A stretch of DNA of 64,000 nucleotides, taken from the IMG/VR virus record IMGVR_UViG_3300037466_003456, positions 1 to 64,000 of that record. The stretch is one strand, 5' to 3'. The translations under genes and the position numbers were made by a program. Position 1 is the stretch's first letter, and each line of letters starts with the position of its first letter. The notes under the pieces were generated by a model, which worked only from the letters and a program-made list of their open reading frames with translations, was not told the origin of the DNA and made no database searches. Shown here piece by piece: positions 30,001 to 38,309 of this stretch. Source of the DNA: a virus.

Positions 30001-31935
30001 TTGACCGACGGGGAAGTATTACAGAACTATGCCTTCTACAATGAGTTGTATCCATTTGAGGACATTACGATTACCCCATCTTCGGTAAATTTGGATGTTG
30101 GGTCACAAAGACAACTCGTTGTTTATACTGTACCTTACTATTATGACAACAAAGCTACAAAAACTTTTGATAGTGGTAATGCTGGATTTGTAACAGTTAG
30201 TAGCACAGGTCTTTTAGCCGGGGTACTTCCGGGAGAAACCGACATAGGTGTCCATGTTGCCTATGGCGGGAAAGAAGTGGTTCGTAACGTTCCGGTAGAA
30301 ATTGTGAGTCCTGTATCGGACCCGGACGCTATCGGTTCCACTTCACGTACAATCACAGGTATTTCCATCAACAAAAAGACAGACAGCATAGAAGTAGGAG
30401 AAGCTTATGTAGTCATGGCAACTACGCTTCCTTACGACATTTTTTACGATAACGTGGTGATTTGGGAAAGTTCCAATCCAGACGTATGTGAAGTGCATTA
30501 CGGGGTGCTAGAAGGAAAGTCGGTAGGGACAGCAACTATTACAGCCTATGATAGTACCAAAACTTTTTCTGAGAGTTTTACAATTGAAGTAAAGCAACCA
30601 GTTCCACTGGTGATCACTGAAGCAGAGACTTATTATGTCAATGGGACTGATTATGGTCTCCAATTAAACAATACGGATTCCTTGAACACGACAAATGGTA
30701 TCCAAGCAGCATGGGATTTTGCTCATGCAAATGGTTACAAAAAAATTGTGTATCCGAACGGTACTTACTTAGTCAATCCAACTGTTAGGTCACTTGACCT
30801 CCCTTCGGATATGGTGATTGATTTTAGTGATTCTGTTATGAATATCGAACCTAGTGCAAAAACGGCTACTGGTTATGTCATGATTAATATGAAGAACATC
30901 AAAAATACCATGGTAACCCGGTTGCATTTGTATGGGGAAGCAGATTCAACAACGCTAAAAGCGTCTTGGGAAGGCTGCTTGAATACCGAGATAAAAAACA
31001 CTATAAATTGCGGCTATTACAAATGTACGATTAGTAAATCTCCGGGATTCAATATAGCTTTTGGTAATAGTCCAGTTGAACCGGGAACAGAAACGGTAGT
31101 TTTAAGTAAAAATAATCTTTTTCCAGGCAATATAAATAACCATGGACTAGAGGATGACAGTATCACTAGCTGGCATTTTAGGACTAAATTTTTCCTAGAC
31201 ATCTCGTCATTAGGTGCTTACTACATGTTAGGGTATAACCAAGGATATTCAGGATATCCATTCTTGCGTTCTCGACTATACAGCATATACTTTTATGACG
31301 CAAATAAGCAATTTATGACCGCTCATCTATATAACTTACAGTTCTACGAATACGTGAAACCAGTCGGTGCAAAGTACGCGAAGATTGTAATTTATCAAGA
31401 AGCAGCTCCTACTGGGGCAGACCCAGACTTCCAATCGGTAGCGTTACTCCGTACGATTGGTACAAATCGTAAATCCTATATTCGAGAGTGCCGCATTGAA
31501 AACAATTTTAGCACAGGTATTGCGGCATGTGGTGGATATGACAACCGGATTGAAGGAAACTTCTTCTCGGGAAACAATGGTCGTATGCCAGGATGTGACA
31601 TTGACTATGAGGATGGTTGGGAAAATGCTTGTGGAGATATTGTCCGAAACAATACATTTGGTTCCAATTTAGGTATTACTACTGCTTCAAGTTCGAGTTT
31701 AGCGGTATTCGATAATCTATTTAACAACTCACGGATCACGGTTTGGGATAGAACCTGTACTTGGCGAATATTCCGTAACACTTTCAATGGTAGAAGTAAT
31801 ATGCAACCATCGTTTGGCACTCAGGGAGATTCCTATCTTGCGGAGAACGTCTTTATTAACCAAGTGTTTAGTACTTCGAAAAACCATGCCACTGCAAATT
31901 ATAGTGTCCATGTAATTAATAACACAGTAATGTAA
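27082..31935 (+). CDS. Giant adhesin/depolymerase-like protein: C-half Fn3, lectin-like domains, Fn3, Ig-like repeats and beta-helix
   Basis: 1617 aa, TTG start after AGGAGGT; Fn3 and Big_2-like repeats; C-terminal repetitive beta-helix (GIAACGG, IEGNFFSGN, IDYEDG). Confidence 0.75.
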   Translation: MATTSSTNYTFTDLTPLTDYEIDVKAKDTSGNLSSIASITYKTPDVDSTPPELTVPDSGTFNGTKTIAFTTNEPSTIYYTQDGSIPTRASSVYTDPIVLTDSKAVKAFAVDWQGNESDVKVGTYTRNFEPDEKYLDLDGVTSGIVTASSITTTAIEMDVMFYDRAPTDSGTIVEQNYQWVRRQSPNDNISNGYYSVFVDGNPTTNATPFLPANKKVTVRLVNTNPMTAKVYIGVSWNNGSRLKARLYGLRFFNGGALIGKYDFTKGNANDLSGSNTVLSLYGTPTYRFPDSPKLTAPTEVQDIHVSSTMTSNTIAWSEPVDADYSHVRLLRNGVELFDDLTGNLFVDKGLKPNTSYTYRLISTDNYGNESLGTKLVLSTLPDTSIVPEVSSVAQTHTHDSVKLTWTNPFDPYTSVKIYRNGTAIASDLMGTEYTDNGLSLGTTYNYKIVVVGVTGKESAGTSISATTDATPTVMALYMYGNSYRNWIETPSVTYNRLVLDFKLPDQTIIPPNGTFILLNTGQETFGNKVFYSPTGTETVNHTVAPGGLIVNGVPASTGTNFITPNTRTVFDMTLGSTVTEVIRVFGTHSASPSPEGYVYSLKAYNGDNLILHYDMGKGTLNDQSGNNKNGKIVGVGGKWLKSSDPYVDTTPPPDVANLEAASVTGTGCVLKWTEIFKATDFARYDIYKNDVLLGNVTGLSYTVSGLTADNLYKFTVKAVDTKGNFSVGESVQVLTSTAMSTVIPPVADSILFDLNLIKNKGSWNRTVYDRVSNVKVDLPNAFGTDKFNNIDFGFINDKGYTIYEQGRATINTGGTALASGINMSSGITLEFLMAAQPVRAMLITSTQFELKSDPNGFTLKYTYLDFSGVQKTYSAGTSNTAKFTNLDTLGTPTNPYTDTLRPKGELNLVTVRLNTNGTVDVIGNTYKYRVAAPADFSSYVNCFNQASMTFGGFGFIDNTQIMTMGKIVIHNRLLTDGEVLQNYAFYNELYPFEDITITPSSVNLDVGSQRQLVVYTVPYYYDNKATKTFDSGNAGFVTVSSTGLLAGVLPGETDIGVHVAYGGKEVVRNVPVEIVSPVSDPDAIGSTSRTITGISINKKTDSIEVGEAYVVMATTLPYDIFYDNVVIWESSNPDVCEVHYGVLEGKSVGTATITAYDSTKTFSESFTIEVKQPVPLVITEAETYYVNGTDYGLQLNNTDSLNTTNGIQAAWDFAHANGYKKIVYPNGTYLVNPTVRSLDLPSDMVIDFSDSVMNIEPSAKTATGYVMINMKNIKNTMVTRLHLYGEADSTTLKASWEGCLNTEIKNTINCGYYKCTISKSPGFNIAFGNSPVEPGTETVVLSKNNLFPGNINNHGLEDDSITSWHFRTKFFLDISSLGAYYMLGYNQGYSGYPFLRSRLYSIYFYDANKQFMTAHLYNLQFYEYVKPVGAKYAKIVIYQEAAPTGADPDFQSVALLRTIGTNRKSYIRECRIENNFSTGIAACGGYDNRIEGNFFSGNNGRMPGCDIDYEDGWENACGDIVRNNTFGSNLGITTASSSSLAVFDNLFNNSRITVWDRTCTWRIFRNTFNGRSNMQPSFGTQGDSYLAENVFINQVFSTSKNHATANYSVHVINNTVM

Positions 31936-31980
31936 TCATCTACGAGGGCACTCTTGGGTGTCCTCTAAATTAGAAAGGGA

Positions 31981-34614
31981 GTGTCATATATGGGAACATG
32001 GAGAGAATTACCTGGTGGTTCTTATAGCAATGGAGTAACAGCTTTAGCGGGATTATCAGATGTTGATGTCAGCACCCAAGTACCAACCGAAGGAGATCTG
32101 TTAAAGTACATTAATGGTAAGTGGAAACCGGGCGCAGCTGCTGCCAGTGGTAGCGGAGGAACGATTATATCTTCTTCAGGTTCAACATATATTGTCGAGT
32201 TATCAAAATGGGGAATTGTAGCGGGAATCCCTTCTAAGCCTTATAACAATGCAGCTTATACACAAGCCAACAACAACGTAGTAGGATTCAACAACGCGAT
32301 TCAATACGCGGTAAATAATGGCTATACGGATATTGTTCTCCCAAGAGGTCAATATGCCATTTGTTATCCGTCCGTGATTAGCATGGCGAGTTACCTGACG
32401 TTCGATTTCAACGGTTCTACGTTGAAAGTAATCTACGATTCCGATAACCGTTCTCCTTATGATACAGCAGGAGCATCGGCTGGTCTATCTCCATGGAAAT
32501 TCTATGGAACCAGTATTGCCATGGATAACCTTGTTCATGCACATATTAAAAACCTTACACTCATTGGCTGCCGAGCAGACAGAAGTTTCGCTGACAAGGG
32601 AACAGATGGGATTTCCGGTGAACTGTCAATGGAACAAACTTATGGTATCTCATTCGGGAATGGTACACGTCACTGTTCGGTAAAACATTGTGATATCAGT
32701 TATTACATGGGTGATAATATCACATTTAGTTCCTTGCCAAACGGAACTCGTTGGGCTGAATTTAGCATGGGACTTACTGTAAATGACATCGATTTTACTA
32801 CCGGTCAGCTTATTGCTGCTACTGACAAACTGACCACTATGTTATTCACCCTTCCAGCTGGAACGAAAACATGGGCCATACAAGGGGCGGGATATTCACG
32901 GGCAACAAGTGCATATAACAGACACGAGTTTGATGTGTTTTACTACGATGCAAGTGGAAACTATTTAGGAGTTCTTCCTAAAAGACATTTCTATTCTCCT
33001 ATCGACGTTCCATACAATGCGGCCAAATTTAGAGTTGTGTTCTTTAATGAAACCAACACGACTAAAAATATGGGTATGATCTTCGTATTTGGGGATTTCA
33101 ACTACAACAACCTTGTTGAATACAACGTTTTGCATGATTCCCATCGTGGCGGTTTAACGCTTGGCGGAAACCACAATATTGTTCAACGAAATGTCATTAA
33201 AAACAATGGTAAGTATATTGGTAGAATGTTAGACGGAAAACCAGCGTTCAATGATCCTACTCGATATGGTATCAACCAAGAGGATAGTTATGGTGAAGGT
33301 TCGATTATTAGGGAGAATGTCATCTACGGAAGTTTCCATGGTGTCTTGATGGGTGCTTATTCCTCAATCATTGAAAATAACCATATTTATGACTGTGACT
33401 ACTTAGCTATCAATGTTTATACCTTGGATTATCTGCTTATCCGTGGCAACAAGATTCAAAACTGCTTATATAATCTAGGAATTGGCGGGAATGGATTTTC
33501 TGATGGATTTGTGGAAGTTGTTCAAAATAGCTTTTATGGGGGGATGCTTGATATCGGTTGGACAAGTAGCCCAGTTCACTACTTCCATTTTGAGTCCAAT
33601 AATTTTTACAATCCACATGGCTTACAGGATGTTGGCTCTAATGCCACCTTTAAAGATAATCGTATCCGTTTGTACCTAGATGCACCGGGCCAACATGTCC
33701 CGTCTACTGCGGAATACTACGACTACTCCACTTATGAGCCAGTAGTATTTAAGATTCCGAAGATGGATAATTGCGTCATCGAAGGACGGGTAAACAGCGT
33801 ATTTACAGCTAAATCGGATGCGACATTCATTACTGACAGGTTCCTTAACTGTAAGTTATCGAACTTGAACGCAACTTTCACGACCCTTACAGACACAATA
33901 AAGGATAGTGAAGTAGCTTTTCAAGATTGCGAGTTTAACAGTGTTTTCTTTATCAATCATGTAACAAGCAAATCAAGACATGCCAAAGCAACTCGATCTA
34001 CTTTCAATGACACGATAATCAAAATATCTAATGCCGGAGTATCAACGTCTGTAGTAAAGGTAAGTATGGATAAGTGTAAAGTGAATTCCACGCTTTTAGA
34101 CTCTTTCTTCTTAACGAGCTTAGACCAGACAACAGGAGCAATAGATGTAACAGATACAGAATTCACTTACTCCAATGGTGGTATGTTGAATATCGTGAGA
34201 AACTTACAGACGGCAACGAACACTCAGAATACAGCATCGTTTAAGAATTCTACGTTCACTTATACTGGGGCTATTCCAATCGCATTGGGCTATTACAATG
34301 ACAAAAACCCAATGAAGTCGTTTGTTTCTCATAACAACAAATTCGTAAACGTCACTCTTCCGACCCAAGATGCGGGTATCTATATTGGTTATGACCCAAG
34401 TAAACAATATAAGAAGACGGTCACTCTTGCTCAAAATGGTTCGGTGTATGAAGCGACCATCACGCACAATCTGAATACCACTGAACCATATGTATTTTGT
34501 GCGATTTCCAATCAGATTATTTATCCGACTGTAACGGTGATTGATGCTAATAACATTAAGGTGAGCCATACCGCTAGTGGTACCGCGAGTATAGCGGTTT
34601 CTAAGTTTCTATAA
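31981..34614 (+). CDS. Tailspike-like right-handed beta-helix protein
   Basis: LAGLSDVDV...GDLLKYINGKWKP fibre motif, FNNAIQYA...IVLPRGQY entry motif, Asn-ladder repeats, C-terminal ITHNL domain. Confidence 0.7.
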   Translation: MSYMGTWRELPGGSYSNGVTALAGLSDVDVSTQVPTEGDLLKYINGKWKPGAAAASGSGGTIISSSGSTYIVELSKWGIVAGIPSKPYNNAAYTQANNNVVGFNNAIQYAVNNGYTDIVLPRGQYAICYPSVISMASYLTFDFNGSTLKVIYDSDNRSPYDTAGASAGLSPWKFYGTSIAMDNLVHAHIKNLTLIGCRADRSFADKGTDGISGELSMEQTYGISFGNGTRHCSVKHCDISYYMGDNITFSSLPNGTRWAEFSMGLTVNDIDFTTGQLIAATDKLTTMLFTLPAGTKTWAIQGAGYSRATSAYNRHEFDVFYYDASGNYLGVLPKRHFYSPIDVPYNAAKFRVVFFNETNTTKNMGMIFVFGDFNYNNLVEYNVLHDSHRGGLTLGGNHNIVQRNVIKNNGKYIGRMLDGKPAFNDPTRYGINQEDSYGEGSIIRENVIYGSFHGVLMGAYSSIIENNHIYDCDYLAINVYTLDYLLIRGNKIQNCLYNLGIGGNGFSDGFVEVVQNSFYGGMLDIGWTSSPVHYFHFESNNFYNPHGLQDVGSNATFKDNRIRLYLDAPGQHVPSTAEYYDYSTYEPVVFKIPKMDNCVIEGRVNSVFTAKSDATFITDRFLNCKLSNLNATFTTLTDTIKDSEVAFQDCEFNSVFFINHVTSKSRHAKATRSTFNDTIIKISNAGVSTSVVKVSMDKCKVNSTLLDSFFLTSLDQTTGAIDVTDTEFTYSNGGMLNIVRNLQTATNTQNTASFKNSTFTYTGAIPIALGYYNDKNPMKSFVSHNNKFVNVTLPTQDAGIYIGYDPSKQYKKTVTLAQNGSVYEATITHNLNTTEPYVFCAISNQIIYPTVTVIDANNIKVSHTASGTASIAVSKFL

Positions 34615-34615
34615 T

Positions 34616-34650
34616 AAAAAAAACAGAACTCCAAAAGGGTTCTGTTTTTT
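34616..34650. terminator. Bidirectional terminator at the strand convergence
   Basis: AAAAAAACAGAACTC-CAAAA-GGGTTCTGTTTTTT between convergent gene blocks. Confidence 0.85.
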
Positions 34651-34663
34651 ATTGTGCGCTGAT

Positions 34664-35047
34664 TCACTTTTTTTGACGGTTGCTCTCACGTACTGCACAA
34701 TCCAATCGTTCCATTTCTCCGAGTACCCAATCGAAGGTACGCACTTGATTATTATCGTGATCGTCTATGGCTTTTTGTCGCGCCTGTAATGAGGTTTCAT
34801 ATAAGTTTTTAATGGCCTTGATTAACACCGTCACATCATTTCCGTTGTGCTCATATAATTTAATGGCATTGTAGACTATTACATCATTTTTTTCTATGGC
34901 TTCTCTTTTCATTTGTCTTAACTTTTCTTCATTTGTCACTAAATTCACCTCTTTAGTTTTCTTTGGTGCAAAAGGGTCTATGGAATAATCTGACTTACGT
35001 TTGTAAATAATTTTACCTTTCACCTTTTCGCTCTCCTTTTTAGACAC
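34664..35047 (-). CDS. Hypothetical protein
   Basis: 127 aa ORF. Confidence 0.55.
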   Translation of the reverse strand: MSKKESEKVKGKIIYKRKSDYSIDPFAPKKTKEVNLVTNEEKLRQMKREAIEKNDVIVYNAIKLYEHNGNDVTVLIKAIKNLYETSLQARQKAIDDHDNNQVRTFDWVLGEMERLDCAVRESNRQKK

Positions 35048-35081
35048 TATATATTCGTATAGCGACTTAATACTTTATACT

Positions 35082-35306
35082 TTATTGTTTTTCCATTTTG
35101 TTTTGAAGAATTTCTTTTGTTTCTTGTAGATCCAATAAATCTTTAAAAACATGATGATTAATAAAGACAGGTTCCCATCTTGAACAATAATTCCTTTGTG
35201 AATGATCTTCCCAAATATAACTAGCTTCTTCTAAAGTAATGTTATATCCTCTTTTCGCAAATTCTTCCTGAATTATTTTGCAATCCTTTAAGATTTCAGT
35301 ATCCAT
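35082..35306 (-). CDS. Hypothetical protein
   Basis: 74 aa with RBS GGAGGAAG. Confidence 0.6.
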   Translation of the reverse strand: MDTEILKDCKIIQEEFAKRGYNITLEEASYIWEDHSQRNYCSRWEPVFINHHVFKDLLDLQETKEILQNKMEKQ

Positions 35307-35344
35307 CTTACTTCCTCCTTTGCTTCGCTATATAGGTCTATTTT

Positions 35345-35851
35345 CTATTTGTTCATCACTGCAAAAAAGTCACCCAGAGGATCGTCTTCAATTTCCTCCA
35401 CGACTTCTTCTTCGCGCTGAGCAGAAAAATCAAATTGAAAATTATCAAGATCATCAAAGCTATCCAGGTCATCCACGTTCTGTAAGCCATTTCCCGTCTC
35501 TTCTTTTTGAGGGGGAATGGGTTCAGGTGTAGGTTTGGTCGGAATCATTTCGGGTACCTTGATTTCCACCGAAGAAGTAGGCTCGCTGAGGAGCTGGTAA
35601 AAGACGTTTCGTATAAGGGTTTCGGTCTGTTCGTGCTTCAGCCATTCTCTTTGTTCCTTGGTCAACGGCTGATGGAGAGGAATGGAGATGCTTTCCTGTT
35701 GAGTGCTAGCGGCAATCCCGTTAAAAAAAATTCCAGTTATTTTCTTTGAAAACTTTCGGCCCTCTGTATCCTTTAGATTCTGTAAGTATTTCAATATGTG
35801 ATCAGGCGTATCAGAAGGCAAACGGAAAGAAAGAACATGACCTCTTTCCAT
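35345..35851 (-). CDS. Possible ribbon-helix-helix, ParR-like partition adaptor
   Basis: N-terminal VLSFRLPSDTPDHILKYL resembles proteins recalled next to Bacillus ParM/StbA actins; acidic flexible tail. Not verified by search. Confidence 0.4.
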   Translation of the reverse strand: MERGHVLSFRLPSDTPDHILKYLQNLKDTEGRKFSKKITGIFFNGIAASTQQESISIPLHQPLTKEQREWLKHEQTETLIRNVFYQLLSEPTSSVEIKVPEMIPTKPTPEPIPPQKEETGNGLQNVDDLDSFDDLDNFQFDFSAQREEEVVEEIEDDPLGDFFAVMNK

Positions 35852-35873
35852 CTCACCACCACCTTATTTTTGG

Positions 35874-36038
35874 TTAATACCATTCCTTTATAAAAAGAAG
35901 CGTTCCTTCGAAAAATGCCACAACCAAAATGGCAGAATAAAATATTTTTTTCGCGATTGACCGACGTCCCATCAGATAAAGAACAATTGAGACAATAAAT
36001 GCGCTAACCATAAGCCAAAAAATAAGATCTAAAAGCAT
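35874..36038 (-). CDS. Small two-TM membrane protein (54 aa, absent from the ORF track)
   Basis: MLLDLIFWLMVSAFIVSIVLYLMGRRS...; RBS AAGGAG. Confidence 0.6.
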   Translation of the reverse strand: MLLDLIFWLMVSAFIVSIVLYLMGRRSIAKKIFYSAILVVAFFEGTLLFIKEWY

Positions 36039-36068
36039 TTCATTTCTCTCCTTTTTTAACCACCTATT

Positions 36069-36167
36069 TTAGCCGTATTTCTTCGCAAGTTCACCAATAA
36101 CAGCAAATCCTATAAGGGCAAGAGTAAGGGGAATAAGGTCAATCACCGCATCAATAAAGGCACTCAA
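36069..36167 (-). CDS. 32-aa single-TM peptide
   Basis: TTG start after AGGAGG; MSAFIDAVIDLIPLTLALIGFAVIGELAKKYG. Confidence 0.55.
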   Translation of the reverse strand: MSAFIDAVIDLIPLTLALIGFAVIGELAKKYG

Positions 36168-36271
36168 AGAACACCCTCCTTAATGTATGCATATTTGTAT
36201 ACTTACCTAATTATGCAATTAGCATATTATAAAAATATCTAAAGGTCATGTGCCAAAAGTCCTAACATCTA

Positions 36272-36412
36272 CTAATCTTTATAAATCCTGAAATGTTCAT
36301 TGATAAATTTCACTGCCTCTTCCGCTTTTTTCTGTTCTGCTTCGGTTAAATAACCGACAAACTTTATACCACGTATTTCTACCGTTACTTTTTCTTTTAC
36401 TTGATTTTCCAT
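36272..36412 (-). CDS. 46-aa hypothetical protein
   Basis: MENQVKEKVTVEIRGIKF...; RBS AGGAG directly after the recombinase stop. Confidence 0.55.
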   Translation of the reverse strand: MENQVKEKVTVEIRGIKFVGYLTEAEQKKAEEAVKFINEHFRIYKD

Positions 36413-36426
36413 TGTAAATAACTCCT

Positions 36427-36969
36427 TTATAAATAAAAATCGTATTGCGCCTGGTCGATCTGTTCCTGTGTGATCCCGATGTATCTTAGGGTGACGGAAG
36501 GGGAGCTGTGGTTAAAAATCTCCTGCAGCATCGCCACATCTTTGTTTCGTTTGTAAAAATGGTATCCATAGGTTTTGCGGCATGTGTGCGTCCCGATGTT
36601 ATCGAGCCCCGCTTTCCTGGCTGCCTTATTTAATATTTTATAAGCCTGAACCCGCTGAATGGGTTTGTCGGTTAGGCGGGAAGGAAAGAGATAATCTTCT
36701 TCGCCCATATCAAAGGTATAGTCGTCGATGTCGACCCGCAGACTAGGACTAATGATGTGGGACTTCATCTTTTTTGTTTTCTGCTCGTTGATGTAGATGT
36801 GACTTTTGCCCCGTACGTGTTTGACTTTTAATTGGAGCAGGTCACTGATCCTGAGTCCGGTGTTTATTCCCATGACGAATAAAAACCAATTTCTGTAACT
36901 TTCTTTTTTTAGGATGCGTTTGACTTCTTCGATTTTTTCTGGGTCTCGGATTGGTTGAACGAACTTCAT
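36427..36969 (-). CDS. Small tyrosine recombinase (resolvase-type, catalytic domain only)
   Basis: TGLRISD (R), HTCRKT (HxxR), NHSS (H) and YIG (Y). Likely start MKFVQPIRD at 36969 with RBS GGGAG; the track start 37071 looks over-extended. Confidence 0.9.
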   Translation of the reverse strand: MKFVQPIRDPEKIEEVKRILKKESYRNWFLFVMGINTGLRISDLLQLKVKHVRGKSHIYINEQKTKKMKSHIISPSLRVDIDDYTFDMGEEDYLFPSRLTDKPIQRVQAYKILNKAARKAGLDNIGTHTCRKTYGYHFYKRNKDVAMLQEIFNHSSPSVTLRYIGITQEQIDQAQYDFYL

Positions 36970-37053
36970 TTTAGCGCTCCCTGTGTTTCCTTTTTGTATA
37001 CAAGTATAACCGATATGTTTCCCTATTAAAAATGAAAAAAACGGGAGACTCCG

Positions 37054-37077
37054 AAAACGTTGATTTATCAACGTTTT
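37054..37077. repeat. Perfect 11-bp inverted repeat upstream of the recombinase
   Basis: AAAACGTTGAT-TT-ATCAACGTTTT. Confidence 0.85.
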
Positions 37078-37217
37078 TGGATAGTCGACCTATTGAAAGA
37101 GAGAAACATAATGTCTCTTTTGTTTCCCTTCGGGTCCGTGAGCGCTCTGAACGTTCTTTTGACGATGCTCTACCCATCTCGATGCAAAATAAAAACAGTG
37201 CCCCGAAGGGCACCGCT

Positions 37218-37421
37218 TTATACTAGTGTCGTTAGCATGCTTCCATTAATCATTTTAATCTTTAATATTCCATCATTGATCATTTTGCTTAATTGTGTTC
37301 CGATTTCTCGGTTTAATACATTGTTTTTCTTTGCTAATGTTTCGATTACATAAGAACCTCTTACTGCTCCATGTTGTTTCACCATATTCATAATTTGTGT
37401 TTTTATTTCTTGTACTTCCAT
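37218..37421 (-). CDS. Small possible winged-helix protein
   Basis: 67 aa; helix pattern ending QLSKMINDGILKI; has its own promoter motif and terminator. Confidence 0.55.
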   Translation of the reverse strand: MEVQEIKTQIMNMVKQHGAVRGSYVIETLAKKNNVLNREIGTQLSKMINDGILKIKMINGSMLTTLV

Positions 37422-37506
37422 TTCTCATCTCTCCTTTTGTTTTCTTCACTTTTCTTATAACAGGAAAAAGACAAAAAAATAAAGACCCCGAAGGGCCTTG
37501 CTATAG

Positions 37507-37812
37507 TTAATCAATTTCACTTTGATTTCGTTTGATTGCTGCTTTATTGGCTAAATAGGCACCAGCCAAACCACCTGCAGCTATTCCTCCTTTTAAAAAC
37601 TTAGGAAGATTGTTTTCCATTTCAGCTGTATTTTTCCCTTGCCAATCCATCATATTTAAGGTACCAATTAATCCAGCGAATCCTGCTCCTGCGCCGGCTA
37701 CCCCTCCGCCTAATGCACCTGCCAATGTGGGACCTGGATACACTTGTGATGGTTTCTTTTGTTCTTCCGCGATTTTTGCTAATCCAAACATTTGAACGAC
37801 CTCCTTTTTCAT
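37507..37812 (-). CDS. Small Gly/Ala-rich membrane protein
   Basis: Two glycine-zipper-like hydrophobic segments; the true start is probably MFGLAK. Confidence 0.6.
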   Translation of the reverse strand: MKKEVVQMFGLAKIAEEQKKPSQVYPGPTLAGALGGGVAGAGAGFAGLIGTLNMMDWQGKNTAEMENNLPKFLKGGIAAGGLAGAYLANKAAIKRNQSEID

Positions 37813-37888
37813 AACTGTATAATTATCATATTAGCATATTAACGACTTTCATATTTAAATAAAAAAAGAAGACCCCGAAGGGTCTTGC

Positions 37889-38218
37889 TCACTTTGCTTT
37901 ATTCATTCTTACTTTTATTATCAACGGTAGCCATGCTACAACTAATAATGCAAATACCTTTTTTGTTACTCTTTCGTCTAATAAATCGAGTAATTGTTTA
38001 TTTTCTACTACTACTTCATGCTTCTTATCGAATACCATGATCTCATCACGAATCATTGCTTTTTCTTCATACGTTTCTGCCTGATTCTTTTTGTCCAGTA
38101 ATTGTTCCAAACCTTCATCATACTGCTGCTTTCCTTCAACCATAAACTTTGTTGATAACTGCGCGATTACTGTTCCAATCAATAAATATACTGCTAATCC
38201 TATCATCATTCCTGTCAT
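37889..38218 (-). CDS. Small membrane protein
   Basis: TM segments at both ends; start MTGMMIG follows AAGGAG (the track start 38287 runs into the terminator). Confidence 0.6.
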   Translation of the reverse strand: MTGMMIGLAVYLLIGTVIAQLSTKFMVEGKQQYDEGLEQLLDKKNQAETYEEKAMIRDEIMVFDKKHEVVVENKQLLDLLDERVTKKVFALLVVAWLPLIIKVRMNKAK

Positions 38219-38309
38219 TCTTTCCATCTCCTTAATTATTATTATCTTCCACCTTTCTTGTAACATCTTTTTGACAAAAAAATACAAGACCCCGAAGGGC
38301 CCTGCTGTT

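Noticed and set aside
24235-31935. Invertible shufflon or DNA recombination joining the half-Fn3 genes
   Set aside because: All modules are co-oriented and no flanking inverted repeats were seen. Recombination at the shared GAGGT would be out of frame, and B and C have their own RBSs.
21636-34614. Diversity-generating retroelement targeting the receptor-binding proteins
   Set aside because: No reverse transcriptase motif and no TR/VR near-duplicate differing at adenines was seen in the window.
36970-37071. N-terminal extension of the recombinase in the ORF track
   Set aside because: It overlaps the palindrome and promoter region; the family-typical start MKFVQPIRD with an RBS is at 36969.
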